Shown here one piece after another: positions 60,686 to 64,000 of a stretch of DNA of 64,000 bases (positions are counted from its first letter, which is position 1; the number at the start of each line of letters is the position of its first letter). This DNA comes from Candidatus Latescibacterota bacterium (lineage in GTDB: Bacteria > Latescibacterota > UBA2968 > UBA8231), in contig CBDETK010000013.1 in NCBI GenBank assembly GCA_965242865.1, positions 4,352,001-4,416,000 on the forward strand, in the 5' to 3' direction. The translations under genes and the position numbers were made by a program. The notes beneath the pieces are model-generated. The model worked only from the letters and a program-made list of their open reading frames with translations, ran no database searches and was not told the origin of the DNA.

Positions 60686-61657
60686 TTAATGGTGTTTTGG
60701 CAGGTGTTTTTGAATCTCTTGGAAAATCTCACGCATACCACGCGGCAGATCTTGGCATATCAACGGCTCGGATTTCTCCAGCAACCGACATATTCTGTAT
60801 CGGTCACATAGGATACAGTAGTTGGTACGTGACGGATCTTCCCGCCATTGTGCGTGGATGATACGTGGAAAATGAGGAATCAATAAAAAATTTGTATGAT
60901 CTGTATTTAACCGCATGACCCCCGATAAAGCATGGCGAGATTGGGCTTCATGTTTTTTGGTCCACCATTCTTTTGCCACTGTGCATTGAGCGAAAGCAAA
61001 GAATGGATACTCCAATTTGTCCTCAAAAGGACAAATGGCAATCAAATCAATACCAAATTCGAGTTGCGTGTTGGGCAGTTTCTCTATTTCCTCTTGATAC
61101 TCTTGGGCGTTTAATTTTCGAGCCAAGGCCGGAATGGCCTCGCGTGCGGACCACCCAAGATTTTTTCTATCCTCGCTGTTTTGACTAAACAGAAAAACCT
61201 CTGCCCAATCGGGAAACAACGCCCGCATCGCCTCTTTGCAGAGATTTTCAAACTCTATCCTCAGATTATGCCGCAAAGATGGAATCTGATTGTGACATGA
61301 ACAGGCCAGCAAGAACAGATACGACAAATAGTGTTTCTTGGACGTTTGAGGTGCAAACAGTACTTCGCCACCGTCTTGTCTGAAAGGGTAAGTGTCCCCC
61401 AACCATAATGCGCGTTTTTTGATAAGATCCATCGCCTCTTCAAACTTTGCATTAAGATCATCAACTTGCTCGCCTTGTAAAAAATTATCCTCTTCCTCTG
61501 AAAAAATCTCTCTTTGAACTGCGTCAAATTCTGCGCGTGTGAAACGACCACCATGGTCGTTGTCAGGGAATGCGACAGCCAACTCAATGCAGTCGGTAAA
61601 ATCAACGACATCTTTGACTATTTTTTGACTCAGTTCAAAATCAATCATTGTGATCAA
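60686..61657 (-). CDS. Hypothetical protein, putative PD-(D/E)xK-like nuclease
   Basis: YPF...YLFLL, FENLC, GIDLI...PFED...AQC...W..K pattern; overlaps upstream ParB gene. Confidence 0.6.
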   Translation of the reverse strand: MITMIDFELSQKIVKDVVDFTDCIELAVAFPDNDHGGRFTRAEFDAVQREIFSEEEDNFLQGEQVDDLNAKFEEAMDLIKKRALWLGDTYPFRQDGGEVLFAPQTSKKHYLSYLFLLACSCHNQIPSLRHNLRIEFENLCKEAMRALFPDWAEVFLFSQNSEDRKNLGWSAREAIPALARKLNAQEYQEEIEKLPNTQLEFGIDLIAICPFEDKLEYPFFAFAQCTVAKEWWTKKHEAQSRHALSGVMRLNTDHTNFLLIPHFPRIIHAQWREDPSRTNYCILCDRYRICRLLEKSEPLICQDLPRGMREIFQEIQKHLPKHH

Positions 61658-62720
61658 CCTTTAAGTCTAAACGGTCAAGTGTGACATCAAGCACTTTCAC
61701 TACTTCTTGGACTTTCTTTATAGCCTCTTGGTCATCGGGCGTCACAGAATGCAGGTTTGAGTTTGCTTGCTTGATATGTTCTATGGTTAATATTATATCT
61801 TGTAAAAACTCCTTCCTGTCATCTACCGTATCACTATAAGCACTATCCAATGACACGCCTTGCCGAAACTTTTCTAGTGTGTTTGGGTTTTCTATTACCT
61901 CACTCAATTTGGGGATGTTGCGAGACTCGCCAAGACGTGTGGAACCCTGACTATCTTTTTCAAACATCCATTTGGTAAGTTCTTGAAGAGGTTCTTTCTT
62001 TAAGGATTTTGGATTGGCAATGGGGTATGTTGCACTACCGTCCTCTCCCCTGACGCCGACAAATGACGCGATTACCACATTCCCAATCGCAGTGTAGAAC
62101 ACGCCGAACTGAAAACTTTCTTCGTCTAAGTCACGAATGTCAAAAAAGTCGCGTTCCTTAATGGCTTCGTACGCTGCCAAAGCATCCAGATTTCGTCGGA
62201 CAGAATTGCTTTTACTCCCAATTTCACGAGCAATTTCCTTACAGCGGTCTTCTGGTTTACCTTGTGCTTGATCGAATAACAATTTCAAGTATCGCGCCTT
62301 TGCCAAAGGATCCCAGCGTTGGCTTCCAGAAATATGGCGAAAGCCCAGATATTGCAGGGTATCATCCCTTGAGTTGACTATATATGCTGGGATTCTAGTT
62401 GGCTTACTTTCAGCTTCTTCTGAGACTTTTGTGATGCTGCGGCGAGCACCCACCAATTCCGGATCTTGCAACAGTTTCAATGCTGCCAGTCTGCGGTTTC
62501 CCTCTAAGACTGTGTATTTGTCGTCTTCAGCAGGAGTTACGACGATGGCTTCGCCCGGGAAAAACCCGTTCTCTCCAATCGAAATCATCAAGTCCTCAAT
62601 GCCGGTTTTTGCCGCCAAATACTTGATAATGTCGCTTTCTTTAGTACCTACCGTAGTCGGCAGCCGCGGGTTTTGCTCGTCAAACTCGATCTGGTCAATG
62701 TTGAGTGTCTTAAAGTTCAT
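61641..62720 (-). CDS. ParB/sulfiredoxin-like N-terminal domain protein
   Basis: DEQNPR, SIGENGF, VLEGNRRLAALK, RHISGSQRWDPLAKARY. Confidence 0.85.
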   Translation of the reverse strand: MNFKTLNIDQIEFDEQNPRLPTTVGTKESDIIKYLAAKTGIEDLMISIGENGFFPGEAIVVTPAEDDKYTVLEGNRRLAALKLLQDPELVGARRSITKVSEEAESKPTRIPAYIVNSRDDTLQYLGFRHISGSQRWDPLAKARYLKLLFDQAQGKPEDRCKEIAREIGSKSNSVRRNLDALAAYEAIKERDFFDIRDLDEESFQFGVFYTAIGNVVIASFVGVRGEDGSATYPIANPKSLKKEPLQELTKWMFEKDSQGSTRLGESRNIPKLSEVIENPNTLEKFRQGVSLDSAYSDTVDDRKEFLQDIILTIEHIKQANSNLHSVTPDDQEAIKKVQEVVKVLDVTLDRLDLKVDHND

Positions 62721-62871
62721 GAGAATACCTCTCTTGGTAGGGCTTCAAAAATTTGTCGGAAGATCATCGGCGGCACGGCATTGCCAATGACCTTGTATTT
62801 ACTCATAGACCTCTTTGGCATAGGCCAGAATATCGTTTGCCATCAGAATCTCGCAGCCTGAATCAATCAGC
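62717..62871 (-). pseudogene. Scar of a C5-cytosine methyltransferase (N- and C-terminal fragments joined out of frame)
   Basis: LIDSGCEILMANDILAYAKEVYE (motif II-like) then, in another frame, SKYKVIGNAVPPMIFRQIFEALP (motif X); TGA overlaps ParB ATG. Confidence 0.8.
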
Positions 62872-62875
62872 CTTA

Positions 62876-62981
62876 GAGGCAGCGATTTCGTAAGCCGCGT
62901 CAAAAAGCATGGCGTCGTCCTTTCAGGCGGGGAATATAGGGTTGACGCGAAGGGGGAAGCAAGGCTAGTTAAAAGAGCTTT
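62876..62981. repeat. Right copy of 106-bp direct repeat
   Basis: Duplicate of 58693-58798; minus strand encodes MLFDAAYEIAAS vs MLCDTAYEIATS. Confidence 0.95.
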
Positions 62982-63015
62982 GAGAGGAGAGATCGTCTTG
63001 ATTGAACGAGCAAAT

Positions 63016-63423
63016 ATGACGCCCGAGGATGTGGAGGAAGGGCGGCGGTTGGCCTTGGATTTTGGCAAGCTGCGGCGGGCGGTAGCCGGGGGCGAAGGCT
63101 TGGTGCCGGTGGCGGTGCAGGACGCCGACAGCGGCGAAGTGCTGCTTGTGGCATACGCCAATGAAGCGGCCCTCAACTATGCGCGGCGGGCGGGCGTGGC
63201 CGCGTTTTGGAGCACGTCGCGCAACGAGCTGTGGGTGAAGGGCGCGACCTCGGGCAATGGGCTCAAACTGGTCGAAATCCGCGTCAACTGCGAGCAAAAC
63301 TCGCTGCTGTATCGCGTCCGCCCCCAAGCGGGCGGGGCCTGCCACACCCGGGACGCGGCCGGTCGGGCGCGGTCCGGGTGTTACTACCGGCGGCTCGTGG
63401 GAGACGGGCTCGAACCCATTTGA
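63016..63423 (+). CDS. hisI: Phosphoribosyl-AMP cyclohydrolase
   Basis: GLVPVAVQD, FWSTSRNELWVKGATSGN, NCEQNSL, GACHT, CYYR. Confidence 0.92.
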   Translation: MTPEDVEEGRRLALDFGKLRRAVAGGEGLVPVAVQDADSGEVLLVAYANEAALNYARRAGVAAFWSTSRNELWVKGATSGNGLKLVEIRVNCEQNSLLYRVRPQAGGACHTRDAAGRARSGCYYRRLVGDGLEPI

Positions 63424-63451
63424 ATCGCAATTTCACCGGGAGGATTAGGCC

Positions 63452-63979
63452 ATGGCCAATGCCGTGATTGTCGTCGATATGCAGAACGGCTTTATGCGCT
63501 CAGATGGGACGCTCTACTGCGGAGACCATGCACGGGCGATCATCCCGCGCATCGCCGCACGGGTCGAGCGCGAAAAGGCCGCTGGGGCCGCGCTCTTTTT
63601 CACCCAAGACAGCCACACCGCCAACGACCGCGAGTTTGAGATGTTTCCGCCCCACTGCATTGAAGGCAGTGAGGAAGAGCGCATCATCGCCGAGCTGGCG
63701 CCGCTGGCCCGAGACGCGCAGATTGTCAAGAAGCGGCGCTACAGTGCCTTTTTTGAGACCGAGTTGGCCGCACAGTTGGCTGCGCTGGCCCCGGACAAGG
63801 TCGTGGTCATGGGCGATTGCACGGACATTTGCGTCCTGCACACCGTGGCCGGGCTGCGCAATCGCGACTATTCAGTTGAGGTCCCGGCCGATTGCGTCGC
63901 CAGCTTTGATCCCCAACAACACGAATGGGCCTTGGGGCACCTAGAAAAAATCCTCGGAGCCCAAGTGACGAACCGCTGA
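63452..63979 (+). CDS. pncA: Cysteine hydrolase, nicotinamidase/isochorismatase family
   Basis: VVDMQNGF, QDSH, PPHC, KRRYSAF, TDICV. Confidence 0.75.
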   Translation: MANAVIVVDMQNGFMRSDGTLYCGDHARAIIPRIAARVEREKAAGAALFFTQDSHTANDREFEMFPPHCIEGSEEERIIAELAPLARDAQIVKKRRYSAFFETELAAQLAALAPDKVVVMGDCTDICVLHTVAGLRNRDYSVEVPADCVASFDPQQHEWALGHLEKILGAQVTNR

Positions 63980-64000
63980 TGGCAGAACGCGATCGCTACG

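Larger units (their letters stand above)
58799..62875. mobile_element. Direct-repeat-bounded, mostly low-GC defence island (no integrase)
   Basis: Flanking 106-bp repeats, AT-richer sequence, RM-related cargo. Confidence 0.8.

Noticed and set aside
61641-62720. Chromosome/plasmid partitioning ParB
   Set aside because: No parA or parS seen; sequence type and context point to a defence-associated ParB-like domain
63979-64000. Start of next gene (possibly pncB)
   Set aside because: Only 7 codons visible; cannot be identified

Overview
GC-rich bacterial chromosomal window with about 55 CDS. I recognised no rRNA, tRNA, CRISPR array, integrase or transposase. Gene content suggests an FCB-group organism, probably Latescibacterota-like and possibly host- or sponge-associated (inference from a PorX/PglZ regulator, T9SS-type C-terminal-domain proteins, and ASPIC/UnbV, LRR, ankyrin and TPR proteins). 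Housekeeping and metabolic genes include tsaE, frdABCD, cspA, rpsU, ctaA, nadA, dapL, glnS, hisI, a pncA-like hydrolase and two sugar-acid dehydratases. A cell-surface cluster spans about 28.5-46 kb. Highlights: (1) a ~4.1 kb, mostly low-GC defence island bracketed by 106-bp direct repeats that duplicate a host bidirectional promoter. It holds a 5'-truncated HsdM-HsdS fusion, a ~150-bp scar of a C5-methyltransferase, and an intact ParB-domain + PD-(D/E)xK-like gene pair that I cannot assign to a named system. (2) A small ribbon-helix-helix gene coupled to nadA, with a clean sigma70 promoter and a palindromic operator, is a candidate novel NAD-biosynthesis regulator. (3) A three-way-junction RNA candidate with complementary loops lies upstream of an internalin-like LRR gene. 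(4) Toxin and defence genes recurrently carry internal deletions. All product calls come from motif reading, not database searches.
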